A stretch of DNA of 64,000 bases from Mobula hypostoma (lineage: Eukaryota): contig NC_086097.1 of the NCBI RefSeq assembly GCF_963921235.1, positions 124,064,001 through 124,128,000 of the forward strand, read 5' to 3'. Positions within the stretch are counted from its first letter, which is position 1. Every line of letters starts with the position of its first letter. The translations under genes were made by a program, and so were the position numbers. A model generated the notes under the pieces. It searched no databases, was not told where the DNA came from, and saw nothing but the letters and a program-made list of their open reading frames with translations. Shown here one piece after another: positions 13,051 to 26,747 of the stretch.

Positions 13051-13163
13051 ATTTGATGTGGAGAAAGAATGTGCCAAAATTGATGAAGGCAAGGAAGAAA
13101 TTAAATCTAAAACTATCTTCAATGATTCAATTTCTGGAATAGGGAAGAGTATTGATACAACAG
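13051..13163 (+). CDS. SPAG1: SPAG1 coding exon
   Basis: cccag acceptor, gtaatt donor. 113 nt, phase 2-1. FDVEKECAKIDEGKEEIKSKTIFNDSISGIGKSIDTT completes the WDK|FDVEKEC motif of SPAG1/RPAP3. Confidence 0.94.
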
Positions 13164-14093
13164 GTAATTATTGTTGAATTAGAGAAAATCGTGTACTTAT
13201 GTACATACAACTTAGATAAACATTTTACGTCTCATTTTTTGCTCTTATCTTCAAGCGGTTCAGGAATAGTGACTACTGCTCAGCCATCGGGCTCTTAAAC
13301 CAGTGGGGACCACTTCATTTCCCCATCATTGAAATGTTCCCACAACCTATGGACTCACTTTCAAGGGTTCTTCATCTCATGTTCTTGATATTTATCGCTT
13401 ATTTATTTATTATTTTTTTCTCTTTTGTATTTGCAGAGTTTGTTGTCTTTTGCATGTTGATTATTTGTCCACCCTGTTGGGTTTGTCTTTCATTGATTCT
13501 ATTATGGTTCTTGAATTTACTGAGTGTGCCTGCAAGAAAACAAATCTCAGGGTTGGGTATGGTGACATCTCTGTACAGTACTTTGATAAATTTACTTTGA
13601 ACTTGAAGATAGTATGAAAAACAGTGCAGTATTACAAGCTCAGTTACAAGGATTTCTATCTACACCTTAGGACTGAAGGAGCATCAGAACCACTTTACGT
13701 TATCATAGTTTCCTTATTACAAATATGGCCATAAGCATCTTGCAAAATAAGTGCTGTGAAAGCATGACTCAAATTCATGTATTAAAGACTGGTTGTAGTA
13801 TGTATGGTCTTTCAAAAGGCATAAAGGGCTGCTTAATAAGTGTAATATTAATATTACTTTATTGCGTGCTTTCGTTCACATGATACCCTCAAACTAGATA
13901 ACTACTTAGACAACTTCGTCTCATGTTCTCAATATTTATTGCTTATTTATTATTATTTTCTTTTCTTTGTATTTGCACATTGTTGTAATTTGCACATTGG
14001 CTGTCCACTCTGTTGGTGTAGTCTTTCATTGATTCTATTTTGGTTATTAGATTTATTGTGTGTGCTTGCAAAAAATTAATCTCAGGGTTGTAT

Positions 14094-14411
14094 TATTATT
14101 AAGGCATCCGTTAGTCTTGCGAGACCATGGATCTACACCTGGAAAGTCTTCACTCTCCTGGGCGCAGGCCTGGGCAAGGTTGTATGGAAGACTGGCAGTT
14201 GCCCATGCTGCAAGTCTCCCCTCTCCATGACACCGATGTTGTCCAAGGGAAGGGCAAGAGCTGATACAGTTTGGTACCAGTGTCATCACAGAGCACTGTG
14301 TGGTTAAGTGCCTTGTTCAAGGACACAACAGGCTGCCTCAGCTGGGGCTTGAACTCATGACCTTCAGGTTGCTAGTCGAATACCTTAACCACTTGGCCAC
14401 GTGCCCACATG
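14094..14411 (-). mobile_element. tRNA-derived CORE-type SINE with RTE-like tail
   Basis: A box TGGCCAAGTGG, B box GAGTTCAAGCC, CORE-like gtgtccttgaacaaggcacttaacc, (TAA)n tail. 12-bp TSD tcagggttgtat at 14082-14093 and 14412-14423. Confidence 0.85.
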
Positions 14412-14513
14412 TCAGGGTTGTATATGGTGATATATATGTACTTTGATAATAAATTTACTTTGAACTTTTGAACTTTGAACTTTTACATGTTTGGGTATGA
14501 TTTCTTTCCTCAG

Positions 14514-14619
14514 GCATGACTGACCAAGAAAAAATGGTATTAGCTGATCGGGAAAAAGACAAGGGGAATGAAGCTTACCGAGCTGGGGACTACAAAGAAG
14601 CTTTGCTTTACTACACTAG
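14514..14619 (+). CDS. SPAG1: SPAG1 coding exon, start of TPR domain 1
   Basis: tttcctcag acceptor, gtacct donor. 106 nt, phase 1-2. MTDQEKMVLADREKDKGNEAYRAGDYKEALLYYTR includes the carboxylate-clamp KxxGN. Confidence 0.95.
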
Positions 14620-16329
14620 GTACCTTCACATATGCTTGATCTGTGAAAATTGAAAATAAAACTCATATCTATATCCTGAATCTCTCAAGAATGTTTCTAA
14701 CAAGTTTGTGTACAATAACCTACTTTGAAATGAATTTAGTGTCTTTGCACAAGGAATTGCAGAATCACTTTGGTACAGAGAAGGATCGGAAGCACAACTG
14801 GAGTGCTCCCTTGACAACTGGATAAACAAATATATTTAATTTAACAGGGAACATGAGGGGCAAGTTTTTCTATACAGAATATAGTGTGTACTTGGACTAA
14901 GCTGCCAGGCAGCATGGCAATGTAATGGTTAGCACAACTGATCCCCATTGCTATCTGGAGTGAGTTTGCAGGTTCTCCCTGTGACTGTGTGGTTTTCCTC
15001 CAGGTAATCTGGTTTCCTCCCCCATTCCAAAGAGGTGGGTTAGGATTAGTAAATTGTAGGCATGCTTTTTTGGTGCCGGAAGCATTGTTAATGCCCAAAC
15101 AACAAAAGCACATTTTTCTTTTGTTTAAGCAACTTTACTTTCAACGTCTCAGTTCAATGCATAAGGACTGTCACCTTTTCATCCCCCAATTCCCCCTTTT
15201 CCCCTGACGCGCACACGCGTAACAGGGCAAGTATGTGTGCCTGCTAACTACTTACATAGTCCAAGTGAACAGAATTCAACAGCATGGCAACACCTGTGAG
15301 CTGCCCAGCACAATCCTCACTCATTTAAATGACACATTTCAAAGCTAATTGTCATCTTTTAACTTGTTTACAATTGCAATGTTTAAAAGATATTTGGATA
15401 AGTACGTGTTTGGAAATGTTTAAGGGGATTAAATGCACAAATGGGACCAGCTCAGGTCAGCACATTGATCTGCATCGACAAGTTAGGCTGAAGGGCTGTT
15501 TCCATGCTCTACTGTGTGACTATGTTTTAATATTGTGAGAGTCTGGGAAGTGCTGCTAACCAGAGAGCCCGGGGTGCTGTTGTACATAAATCATTAAAAG
15601 TTAATGTGTAAGTGCAGTCCACTTTTAAAGGCATTTTAATACAATATGTTCTAATAAGACTACAGCTATATTGTGTAGTCATCTGGTTCCCTATGTAAAG
15701 AAGAGTACAACAGAAGATCACAGAATTGATTTCCAAAATGAAGGGTTTAGCCTATAAGGAGGGATTAAGTATGCTGGGTGTATAGTATACTCTTTGCCGT
15801 TTAGAAGAATGTGAGATGATCTCATTACAACATACAGAGTTCCTTTGGGTTGAGAGGCTAATGCAGGAATGATATACCCCTGACACTGGAGTGTCTGGAA
15901 CACCACTCTGGACTGAAGTAAGAAATGTCCTTGCTTAGTGAATCATTGAATTTCACGACTGAAGATGACTGTACAAGGCTCAGTGGCTCAGTCCATTCAA
16001 GATGGAGATTAATAAATTTGTGAATATTAAGGGAATTGGTATATTAGGTTTTTATAGTCAAGTTTACTGAGGTACAAGAAATCTGTGGAATTCTCTGCCC
16101 AGGGAAGCAGTTGAGGCTTCTTCACTAAATATACTTAAGATACAGTTAGATAGATTTTTACATAGTAGGGGAATTAAGGATTATGGGGAAAAGGCAGGTA
16201 GATGGAGCTGAGTTTACAGACAAATCAGCCATGATCTTATTGAATGGCAGGGCAGGCTTGATAGGCCGGATGGCCTACTCCTGCTCCTATTTCTTAAGTT
16301 TTTATGTTCTTAAGAAAAACTTTGCTTTG

Positions 16330-17230
16330 CATGCCATTCATCCAGATCATTTCATTACATCAGTATATTGAGGTAATGCAAGGGAAAAGCAATAACAAAA
16401 TAAATTGCTCCAGTTACAGAAAAGGTGCAGTGCAGTGCAGGCAGACAGTCAAGGCCACGATGAGGAAGATTCTGACGTCAAAAGTCCATCTTATCATACA
16501 AGAGGCCCATTCAATCTTACAGGATAGAAGCTCTCCTTTCAGGCTTCTGGCCCTTCTTCCCAGTGGGAGGGGGGAGAAGAGAGAATGTTTGGAATGGGAG
16601 AGGTCCTTGATTATGTTAAATATTAAGGCAGTGAGAAGTGTGACAGATGCAATGGAAGGTAGACTGGTGTTTATGATATAGTGAGCTGTGTACACTTCTG
16701 TCAGGAGTTTCATGCTGTTACTGGCAGGGCAGTAGCCATACCAGGCCATGATTTATCTGGATAGGATGCTTTCTGTGGTGCATCTGTAAAAAATGGTGGA
16801 ATCAACAGGGACGTGCCAAATTTCTTTAGCCTCCTGCGGAAATAGAGGTGTTGAGGCACTTTCTTGGACATGGTGTTTCCGTGGTTGAAGCAGGACAGGC
16901 AATTGGTGATATTAACTCTGAGGCACTCTCAACGCTTTTGATCTCAGCATCATTGATGTAAACAGGAACATGTGCATTGCCCATTTTCCTGATTCAACAA
17001 ACATTCTTTTTGCTGATATTGAGGATAGGTTGTTGTTAGAACACCATATCACTAGGATCTTTATCTCCTTTCTGTACTCAGACTCATTGACATTTGAGAC
17101 CAGGCCTACTATGGTGATGTCATCTGAAAACCTGTAGATGGAGTTAGAGCAAGATCTAGCATCACGGTCATGAGTGTATAGGGGTTAAAGTTGGCAGCTG
17201 AGGACACGGTCTTGTGAGGCACCAGTACCA
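16330..17230 (-). mobile_element. Decayed Rex1/Babar-type LINE 3' part
   Basis: IIKDLSHSKHSLFSPLPLGRRARSL C-terminal motif in ORF 16414-16749, with a YRFSDDITIVGL RT remnant near 17100-17140. Confidence 0.75.
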
Positions 17231-19098
17231 GGGATGCATAGAACATAGAACAGTACCTCAGTGGGCATACTGTTCTCCTTTGTTACCTCCTGAAAAAACT
17301 CGATCAAGTTTGTAAAGCATTGCCTACCCTTCACAAATCTTGGGAGTTTGTGTACTTTGCAGATGTAGATGTGGGTCAAGGATGGCATAATGGCTCCTTG
17401 GTGATGTATGATTTGGTATATTTAAAACAGAGGTTGATTGGTACTTGATTCGTCAGGGCATCAAAGGTTACGGAGAGAAGACAGGAGAATGGAGTTGAGA
17501 GAAATAATAAATCAACCATGATTGATGGTGGAGAAGACTCAGTGGGCCAAATGGCCTTTATTTTGCTCCTGTGTCTTATTGTCTTATGGTTTCATGATGA
17601 ATGTAAGTAAAGAGCTGTGGCTACTTCTGAGAGGCTGACTATTGAATTGAGAGATATGGGGTTAGTTTAGGAAATGGCACTGAAGTAAACAGCATCTGTG
17701 ATCATGTTGAATGGCAAAGTAGGCTTCTGTTTTTTATCTTGCCGTGATCCAAGAATCACCATTTGTCCTTCCATCACAGTCCAGTTCAAGACACATAGAG
17801 GCTTGCTACCGATAACTTAATTTAGAACCATGCAGCTCAGTCATCTTTCTTCTGCATTCAGATATAGTGCATTCTCAGACAGATGACAACAACTGGTCAC
17901 GCTAAAACTGAAAACTCTTTGCTTTGATGCAATTTAGGTAAACTGTTTTGGGATGTAGCCTGCATGCTGATATCTCTATCTTATGGTTAAAAATTTTTTA
18001 AAAAGAAGTGAAATTTCTGTAGCTATGGCCTTGTATATGCATCAAACTGGAAATAAAAATCCGTCAGATTTTATAATAAAAGATGTAGACAAAATGATTA
18101 CATTCGAGAATCTCATCTGATTCCTTTATTTGTTTAAATTAAATTATTTAACCATAACCGTATTATTTTAATGAAATTATCTTGCGTTCTATGTCTAATT
18201 ATCTCCATGAAATTATTATTAAATAATATTAAAATGTGGAAGTTGATGTAGAACCATCTAATTTATTTAAACAATGGCCTGAAATAGCTTAGGCATACAG
18301 TATGTGAAAAATGTGACATACTTGCATTTTGTTATGGTTGATTATACTATGGTGCTTTGGAATTTAAGTGCAGCAGTAGGCTATTGTACCTGCTCAATTG
18401 AACAGATAAGGAGCACAAAACCTTTCATGATATGGGATTTAGTAGGTCAGAGAGGTCTTTTTGCAGAAGTACGGTAGATGTGGGTCATGGATGGTGTGTT
18501 GTAGGATGAAGGATATAATTGAAGAGCTGTAGGAAATATTGAGTGGAGAGGGTGACCAGTCAATGATCGAGATCCATATTGGCACCACTGGCATAGATAG
18601 ATGTGATATGAACAAATACAAAAAAAATCTACTGCATCCCATTTATAAGTACAATCTCTTTATTGACTCACTTCAATAAAGGCTTAAAAACATTTGTCAA
18701 ATATGTGCCTGTTCCCAATACCCCTTAATTCCTTGATTTTTCAAATGGTTGTCTATCTCCACCTTAAATATATCGGATGATCCCATATCCACCACCCTCA
18801 GAGATGGAGTTGCAGAGATTCACCAGCCTCTAAGGAGGTGTAATTATGCTGGTGACAGCACAGAAGGTATTTGCAAGGATGTCGCCTGAATTTGAGGGCT
18901 TAAGTAATGAGGAAAGGAGTTACAGTAGTATTTGTAAGTAAATAAGGGTGTCATTAGCTTTGTTACTATTTTGGCACCAAGTTACTGACCCATTGTAGTA
19001 TTTCTAATTCTAAATTAGAGAGTCATTTTCCCTTCCCTATAAACAGTATCCGTACTCATTCATTATTTTATTTCTCTTTCTCCCTTGCCTCAAACCAG

Positions 19099-19229
19099 AA
19101 GCATATCAGTGATGCCAAATGTAACTGCATTTAACAACCGAGCTCAAACTGAAATTAAGCTTCAGGAATGGAAGAAGGCTCTTAGTGATGTTGAAAAAGT
19201 ATTAGAATTAGATCCTGGCAATTTAAAAG
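19099..19229 (+). CDS. SPAG1: SPAG1 coding exon, TPR domain 1
   Basis: ccag acceptor, gtgagt donor. 131 nt, phase 2-1. SISVMPNVTAFNNRAQTEIKLQEWKKALSDVEKVLELDPGNLK. Confidence 0.96.
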
Positions 19230-20027
19230 GTGAGTAGCACAACCCCAATGCCTGCTACAATGTCTTTAATAATAGCTGCTAACAAATGTTTAGCTAACTG
19301 GTGGTTTCTTGTTCTTTGGTTTTCTACTTTTATTTAGTACATGAGTTACATTTGCTCTTTTACAATCAAATAGAATTTTGAAAATTAGAACAATATTAGG
19401 CACCCATAAGAACCCAGAATGACACCTATTACCACGCAAAAACTTATCAGCCCTCAGTTCCAATAATTTGTTCAGTATCTTCTCTGGTGATTTCCATTTT
19501 CATCCCTTCCAGTTTCTGTTTGAAGGCCTTCTGGCTTTCTAGAATGTTATTTGTGTCCTTTTTCAATTTCTTATAAAAATCTTGACTTTTTAAAAATATT
19601 TCTGGCTAGCTTAATCTTATACTGTATTTTTTGCTTCCTGATGAATCACTTAATTATTTATTGTTTTTTCTTATACACTATCCATTTTTCAGACCTGCTA
19701 CCTGCTTTGCCCAATTACTTGCTTTGTTCTTTAAGCTTAATACAATCTTTAAGCTCTTGTCTTACTTGATGATGTGTGATTCATCTTTCCCTTGGATGAT
19801 TTCATTCTCATTAGAATATATTCTGAGAGATCCCCTTAAATGTCTGTCATTGAATCTTGACTGATTCTTAAGCCCAACTGGCAATTTGCTTTACCTAGCT
19901 CTGTTTCAATGTCATCATAGTTTACCTTATTAACCTTGGACTCATTCATTTTTCCTCAAACTGAATGTAAAATATAGTCATATTGTGGTTGCTGTTCTGT
20001 GGGTGCCTTCATGAAGAGGGCTTGCAG

Positions 20028-20160
20028 GATGAAAGGCCTCAACCCGAAACGTTAACTGTTTATCTCCCTCCATAGATACTGCCTGATCTGCTGAGTTCCT
20101 TCAACAATTTGTGTGTGTTACTCAAGATTTCCAGCATCTACAGAATCTCTTGTGTTTATG
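20028..20160 (+). mobile_element. Older PLE terminus with truncated hammerhead
   Basis: gatgaaaggcctcaacccgaaacgttaact followed by gatactgcctgatctgctgagttcc...ttccagcatct. Confidence 0.7.
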
Positions 20161-20631
20161 TATCTAGGTTGTCTTTTCCCACCCTATACTGTTTCTTTAA
20201 CCTTTCTTCCTTGATACTTCTCCCTCCAAGATGATTAATTTTGAGGGCCTGTACACTGTTCCCTCAAATAATTTTTTGCCTTTATTATTTCTTTTCTTTA
20301 CTCAAACTGTTTTTACATTGTAGTTTCCTGAACTTACATCATCTCTGTCTGTACTACTAAGATGCTCATTAATTAACAAAGCCATTATTCCAATGTTTCT
20401 CTAGCCTATCATTAAAATTTTGATTCTTTGCCTTGTAATTATTTTATAGTCCTCTCTACATCTCTATCATTTGTTTCACTAGAACACTGGTCCCAGCGAG
20501 GTTCAGCTGTAAACCATCCCACTGGTATAACTCCTGCTTTGCCCAATATATTGCCAGTGCTCTGTGACCAAAAACATTTCTGCTCCACCAGTTTTTCAGG
20601 GGTCAACTTTATTATTGTACGTTTACATGTA

Positions 20632-22158
20632 CAAGTCAACCACCTCGAATCCGGCAGTCAGTAATCCGGTTCCACTGCTGGTTCAGACGTAACTTTTGCC
20701 AGCCTAATTTCAAATTTCCCATGTTGTTGCACCAACCTGTCGTCATTGTTTTGGTGGTGCCATCAGCAAAATCAGCTGTTTATAACGCTTTAAAAGAAGC
20801 AAGTCATTCCTCTGTGCTATTTTGCCTTTATTTTTATAACCTGCGCTTGTCTAGCTCCATTCATCTCTTCATGAATAAAAGGAGTGCTTCTTGTGGTGTA
20901 AAGTGCGAACACCACGGGTTATCTATACAAGATAAGGTGGAAGTTCTGAAAAAAGTCGACAGTGGTGTGTCTGTGAAAAGCATATGCGACTTGTATAACA
21001 TTGACACTTCCACAGTTTGATATAAAGAACCAAAAGAAAAGCTGCTCCAGTTCTTTGGAACAAGTGAAATTATTTCCTGAAGAACTAGGACTGAATTATA
21101 AGTGTGATTATGGTGAAGGGTGACTTCAGTGTTTCAAGCAGTGACATTGTATAAAATTTCATGCAGTGTGTTGTGCAAAACGCTCAGCAAACAAGGAAAC
21201 AGCTGCTGAGTTTGTTGATGAGTTTGCCAAGTTAGTTCCTGATGAAAATTTAAGTCCCAAGCAGGTCTACAATGCGGACTAAACCGCATTGTACTCCAAG
21301 ACAAATACTGACTCGAGGATGTAGAGTTACCAACAGGTTATAAAGCATCAAAAGATCGTGTCACTGTGTTGGGCTACTCTAATGCCGTAGGAACTCATGG
21401 ATGTAAGTTGTTAGTCACCGGTAAAAGTTTACTTCCCAGAGCTTTCAAAGGTATGAAGCAGTTTCCAGTCAATTAATTATGCCAACAGAAAAGGATGGAT
21501 TACAACTGACATTACATTGGAATGGTCTTTGTTCCAGAAGCAAGAGCTCACTGTGACTCTTGGTCTGGACAAAACTTGTAAAATAATGCTGATTTTAGAT
21601 AACTGTGTAAGTTTTCACAAATAAAATGAAGTGAGGCGTTTTACATTTAAAAACAAACCGAAATACATTTTATTGAACTCCTAAACCTGAACACAAAGTG
21701 CGTTAAAAATCCTTTACATAATTATGTAATCATGTCAGACCTGCCTCTTAAAATGAACCCCAACTCAACGTTGGTGGTTGTGAATTATGTATGTATCCAC
21801 CAATTATGCTGCTGTGCACATCCAAAAGCAGAACTCTTGTAAAGAATAATGTTTATGGTATCAACCTGCCACCTAACTGTATACCATTAATTCAACCCCG
21901 GACCATTGCATATTATGCACTTTGAACGCTAAATATCGCTCCCTGTTAATGAAGCGGCAGTTGTCTCTGTCAGACCAATATAGGAATTTGTGAAAGAATT
22001 GCTTGTCATTTGGTGTTTTTTTTATTATCTGAAGGTGAGGTAGTCATCAAGTGGGTTAGAGGTATCAAGTTCATAAATTAACCACCTGTGATTTGGCAAA
22101 ATCACTAATCTGGCACTGCACAGGCCCCAGTCATTCCAGATTTGTGGTTGTCAATCTG
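20632..22158 (+). mobile_element. Decayed Tigger/pogo DNA transposon (transposase pseudogene)
   Basis: HTH segment LSIQDKVEVLKKVDSGVSVKSICDLYNIDTSTV. DDE remnants QVYNAD*TALY, DRVTVLGYSNAVGT and LILDNC. Degenerate TIRs flanked by TA at 20630-31 and 22159-60. Confidence 0.85.
21606..21811. mobile_element. ~200-bp insertion, possibly a short solo LTR, splitting the Tigger LDNC-AHP motif
   Basis: Starts TGTAAG. The transposase reading gataactg resumes at ctgtgcacatcca. No clean CA end or TSD. Confidence 0.45.
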
Positions 22159-23128
22159 TATTAGGAATTTGCTGTGGTGTGTTGGTCAGAGTGCAACAGG
22201 TAACAAACAACAGCTTTCAACAATTCTGACATAAAAATTAAATTACTGGTTACAGTACAGATATGCAATAAAGTGTGCATAAATATCATCATACAGTTTC
22301 AAAGTAGGCAGCATTATAAAAGGTGGTTTAAAGTGTGGTAATGGGAGTAATAGGCATTTGATAAGGTACCCCATGCAAGGCTTATTGAGAAAATAAGGAA
22401 GCATGGGATTCAGGAGGACATTGCTTTGTGGATCCAGAACTGGCTTGCCCACAGAAGGCAAAAAGTGGTTGTATACGGGTCATATTCTGTATGGATGTTG
22501 GTGATCGGTGGTGTGCCTCAGGGATCTGTTCTGGGACCCCTACTCTTCGTGATTTTTATAAATGACCTGGATGAGGAAGTGGAGGGATTGGTTCGTAAAT
22601 TTGCTGATGACATAAAGGTTAGGGGTGTTGTGGATAGCGTGGAGGGCTGTCGGAGGTTACAACGGGACATTGATAGGATGCAAAACTGGGCTGAGAAGTG
22701 GCAGATGGAGTTCAACCTGGATAAGTGTGAGGTGGTTGATTTTGGTAGGTCAAATATGATGGCAGACTATAGCAGGCAAGGCTCTTGGCAGTGCGGAGGA
22801 TCAGAGGGATCTTGGGGTCCAAATCCATAGGACACTCAAAGCTGCTACGTAGGTTGACTCTGTGGTTAAGGCGGCTAATGGTGCCTTAATGGGGTGGATA
22901 GTCAGAAGCTTTTCCCCAGGGGTGAAATGGCTAGCATGAGACGGCATATTTTTAAGGTGCTTGGAAGTAGGTACAGAGGGGATGTCAGGGGTAAGTTTTT
23001 TACGCAGAGAGTGGTGAGTATGTGGAATGGGCTGCCGGCGGCGGTGATGTTGGCGGTAACGACAGGGTCTTTTAAGAGACTCCTGGATGGATACATGGAG
23101 CTTAGAAAAATAGAGGGCTATGGGTAAG

Positions 23129-23455
23129 CAACAAACATCAAAGTTGCTGGTGAATGCAGCAGGCCAGGCAGCATCTCTAGGAAGTGGTACAGTCGATGTT
23201 TCAGGCTGAAACCCTTCGTCAGGACTGACTGAAGGAAGGGTTAGTAAGAGATTTGAAAGTTTCCCACTTTTAAATCTCTTACACCTCCCACTTTCAAATC
23301 TCTTACCAACTCTTCCTTCAGTTAGTCCTGACGAAGGGTCTCGGCCTGAAACGTCGACTACCTCTTCCTAGGGATGCTGCCTGGCCTGCTGCGTTCACCA
23401 GCAACTTTGATGTGTGTTGCTTGAATTTCCAGCATCTGCAGAATTCCTGTTGTTT
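23129..23455. mobile_element. Fold-back PLE terminus inserted in a CR1 3' UTR
   Basis: Minus arm ~23129-23260, short filler, plus arm ~23284-23455. Hammerheads at 23191-23226 (-) and 23324-23359 (+). TSD gggctatgggta(ag/gg) starting at 23115 and 23456. Confidence 0.9.
23324..23359 (+). ncRNA. Intact minimal hammerhead motif
   Basis: AGTC CTGACGA AGG gtctcgg CCT GAAA CGTC GACT. Confidence 0.8.
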
Positions 23456-26400
23456 GGGCTATGGGTAGGTCTAGGTAGTTTTAAGGTAAGGACATGTTCG
23501 GCACAGCTTTGTGGTCCGAAGGGCCTGTATTGTGCTATAGATTTTCTATGTTTCTATGGACAGTTGTCTTGAGGCAGTACATGTTGAAGGTAGGTTTGAT
23601 CCTGAGGGATGGTGGGAGCTGGAGATGATAAGTGACTGGACTGATTCAGTGGGCAATCTTGAAGGGACCAATGAACAGGGGCAAGAGCTTCCGGGAGTCA
23701 GTACACAAGGGCAGGTCTTAGGTGGACAGCCAGACATAGTTCCCAGGCCGGTGTAGTTTGGCTGGATACCGATGGTGGTTAGCCTGGCAGCAATAGGCAC
23801 AGTTGGCAGCTAGGATGTCCCTTTGTGCCCTCTTCCAAGCATTCCAACAGCAGCAAACCAGGGCCAAGGTGGACAGGACCTCCACCGTTGGCTCCACCTT
23901 TGAGATTGACTGGGGTTGGTAGCCTTGAAACATGCCAAAGCACGACATACCCATGGCAGAGGAGGTGTGCAGGTTGTGGCACAGCTCAGCATAGAGCAGA
24001 AACTTATTCTATTCAAAGGGTTAGAGGCTGCGAAGCATTTCAGAAACTTTTTTGCTGACTGGTCGTTGGTCTGCATATGATAGAGAAACGACAAACTCAC
24101 TAAGGTGCAGCGGAGGAAGCAGAAGGCTGGCTAGAAGTGGGAGATGAATTATGGGCCCCTGTCTGACACATTCTCCTAGGGGAAACCGTGGAGGCGAATT
24201 ACACGTTGAAGAACCAGGTCCACTGTCTCAGTGCCTGACTGAAGTTTTGAGAGAGCAATGAGGTGGGCCACCACTATTGTGATTGCTATAGCCCCATTGG
24301 AAGGTGAGAAACCTGTGAGGAAGTTCATGGTGATGTGAAACCACCAGCATTGAGGAACTAGCAGGGGCTGCAGAAGATTAGTGGACCTCTGGTTGGAGGA
24401 ATTGAACTGAGCACATTGAGGGCAAGAGCCGATGAACTGATGTACATCTACGATCATAGTGGGCCACTGGAACCAGCATTGCAGAAACCAGAGTCTCATG
24501 CGTCTGGATGGCTGGAGAGTGGTGAGGAATGGGCCCCACTGGTGTGCCTCAGGGCACATGGCTGCCAGCACATACATGTTGGTATGTCAACCAGATCAGG
24601 CTTGTGCTATAGGGCCTGGTAGATCTGGTTCTCGAGATGTTCAGGGCGAGGATCCATCTCGCTTTTAGCTGGGTCAAAGTGTTGTGACATGGTGTCCGCC
24701 TTTAGTGTTTTTGGAGCCTGATCGGAAGGAAAAGGTGAAGTTGAATTGTTCGAAAGGGCCCAGCAAGCCTGGCATGGACTGAGTTGGCAGGTCTGTTGAA
24801 TGGATATGCGGTTCTGGTGGTCAGTCCAGATCTGGAAGGGTTCAGTGTTTCCCATCAGCCAATGTCTCCATTTCTCCAAGGCCTATTTGATGACGAGTAG
24901 CTCCCTGTCCCCTACTCCATGGCAGTGCTGTGTAGAGTTGGACTTGAGTGAGAAACTGGCATAAGGGTGTCTCTTCCTGCGTAATCCTCATTGGGAACAC
25001 GATGGCTCTGGGACCCATGTCCATAAGACATAGGAACAGAATTAGGCCATTCAGCCCATCGAGTCTGCTTTGCCATTCCGTCATGGCTGATCCCGGATCC
25101 CACTCAACCCTATACACCTGCCTTCTCGCTATATCCTTTAATGGCCTGATTGATCAGGAAATGATCAATTTCTGCCTTAAATATACACACGGACTTGGCC
25201 TCCATCACAGTCTGTGGCAGAGCATTCACAGATTTACTTCCCTCTGGCTGAAAGCTTCCTCCTTACCTCTGTTCTAAAGAGTTGCCCCTCAATTTTGAGA
25301 CTGTGCCCTCTGGTTCTGGATACCCCCACCATAGAAAACATCCTCTCCACATCCACCCTACCTAGTCCTTTCAACATTCGGTAGGTTTCAATGAGATCCC
25401 CACGCATTCTTCTAAATTCCAGAGAGTACAGGCCCAAAGCTGCGAAACCGTCCTCATATGCTAACCCCTTCATTCCTGGAATCACCCTCACGAATCTTCT
25501 CTGGACTCTCTCCAATGACAATACATCCTTTGTGAGATAAGGGGCCCAAAACTGTTGACAATACCGCAAGTGCGGCCTGACCAGTGTCTTATCAAGCCGT
25601 TCCCCTGAAATAAATGCCAACATTGCATTTATGTTCTTTACCATAGACTCAACCTGTGAATTAACCTTCTAAGAGTATTGCACGAGGACTTCCAAGTTTT
25701 TCTGCACCTCTGATATTTGAGCCCTCTCCCTATTTAGATAATAGTCTGCACTATTGTTCCTTTCACCAAAATGTATTATCATACATTTCCCAACTCTGCA
25801 TTCCATCTGCCACATTTGTGCCCATTCTTCCAACTTGTCCAAGTCCTTCTGCAATTGCATTGCTTCCTCAGCACTACCTACTCCTCCACCTTTCATCGTA
25901 TCATCTGCCAACTTTGCCACAAAGCCATCAATTCCAGTATCTAAATCATTGACAGTGTCAAAAGCAGCAGTCCCAATACTGAACCCCTGAGGAACACCGC
26001 TTGTCACTGGCAGCCAACCCGAAAAGGACCCCTTTATTCCCACTTTCCGCCTCCTACCTGTCAGCTGTTTCTCTTTCCATACCGTGTCATAGGATTTTAT
26101 CTTGTTAAGCAGTCTCATGTGTGGCACCTTATCAAGCTCCTTCTGAAAATCCAAGTAAGTGACATCCACTGCCTCTCCTTTGTCCACCCTGCTTGTTACG
26201 AACCCTTAACAGATTTGTCAGGCAAGATTTCCCTTTCCAGAAACAATGCTGACTGACTCATTTTATCATTAGTATCCAAGTACCTCAAAACCTCATCTTT
26301 AATAATAGATTCCAACATTTTCCCTGCCACTGAGGTTAGGCTAACTGGCCTATAATTTCCTTTCTTTTGCCTTCCTCCTTTCTTCAAGAGTGGAGTGACA

Positions 26401-26747
26401 TTTGGAATCTTCCAGTTCTCCGGGACCATGCTGCAATCAAGTGATTCTTGGAAGATCATGACTTACCTTGTGTGCCCTTTCCATTTACATGGCTTTTATG
26501 CAGTCCTTAACTTCCTTTGTCAGCCACAGTTGGCTACCCCTGCCACTTGAGAACTTCTTCCTCTGTGGGACATATTTATCCTGTCCCTTGTGAACTATTA
26601 CCAGAAACTTCAGCCATCTCTGCTCTGCTGTCATCCCCGCCAGTATCCTCCTCCAATTCACCTGGGCAAGCTCCTCTCTCGAGCCTCTTAACTCCCTTTA
26701 TTCCATGATACTGATACATGCGAGTTATGCTTCTCCTTCTCAAATTG

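Larger units (their letters stand above)
22345..23557 (+). mobile_element. CR1 LINE 3' portion with internal deletion
   Basis: ORF 22426-22830 contains GVPQGSVLGPLLFVIFINDLD and KFADD. ORF 22894-23127 gives the C-terminus. Tail ttctatgtttctatg. Confidence 0.92.

Noticed and set aside
14335..14406. tRNA gene
   Set aside because: It has A/B boxes but no convincing acceptor stem or terminator. It is the head of a SINE with a TSD.
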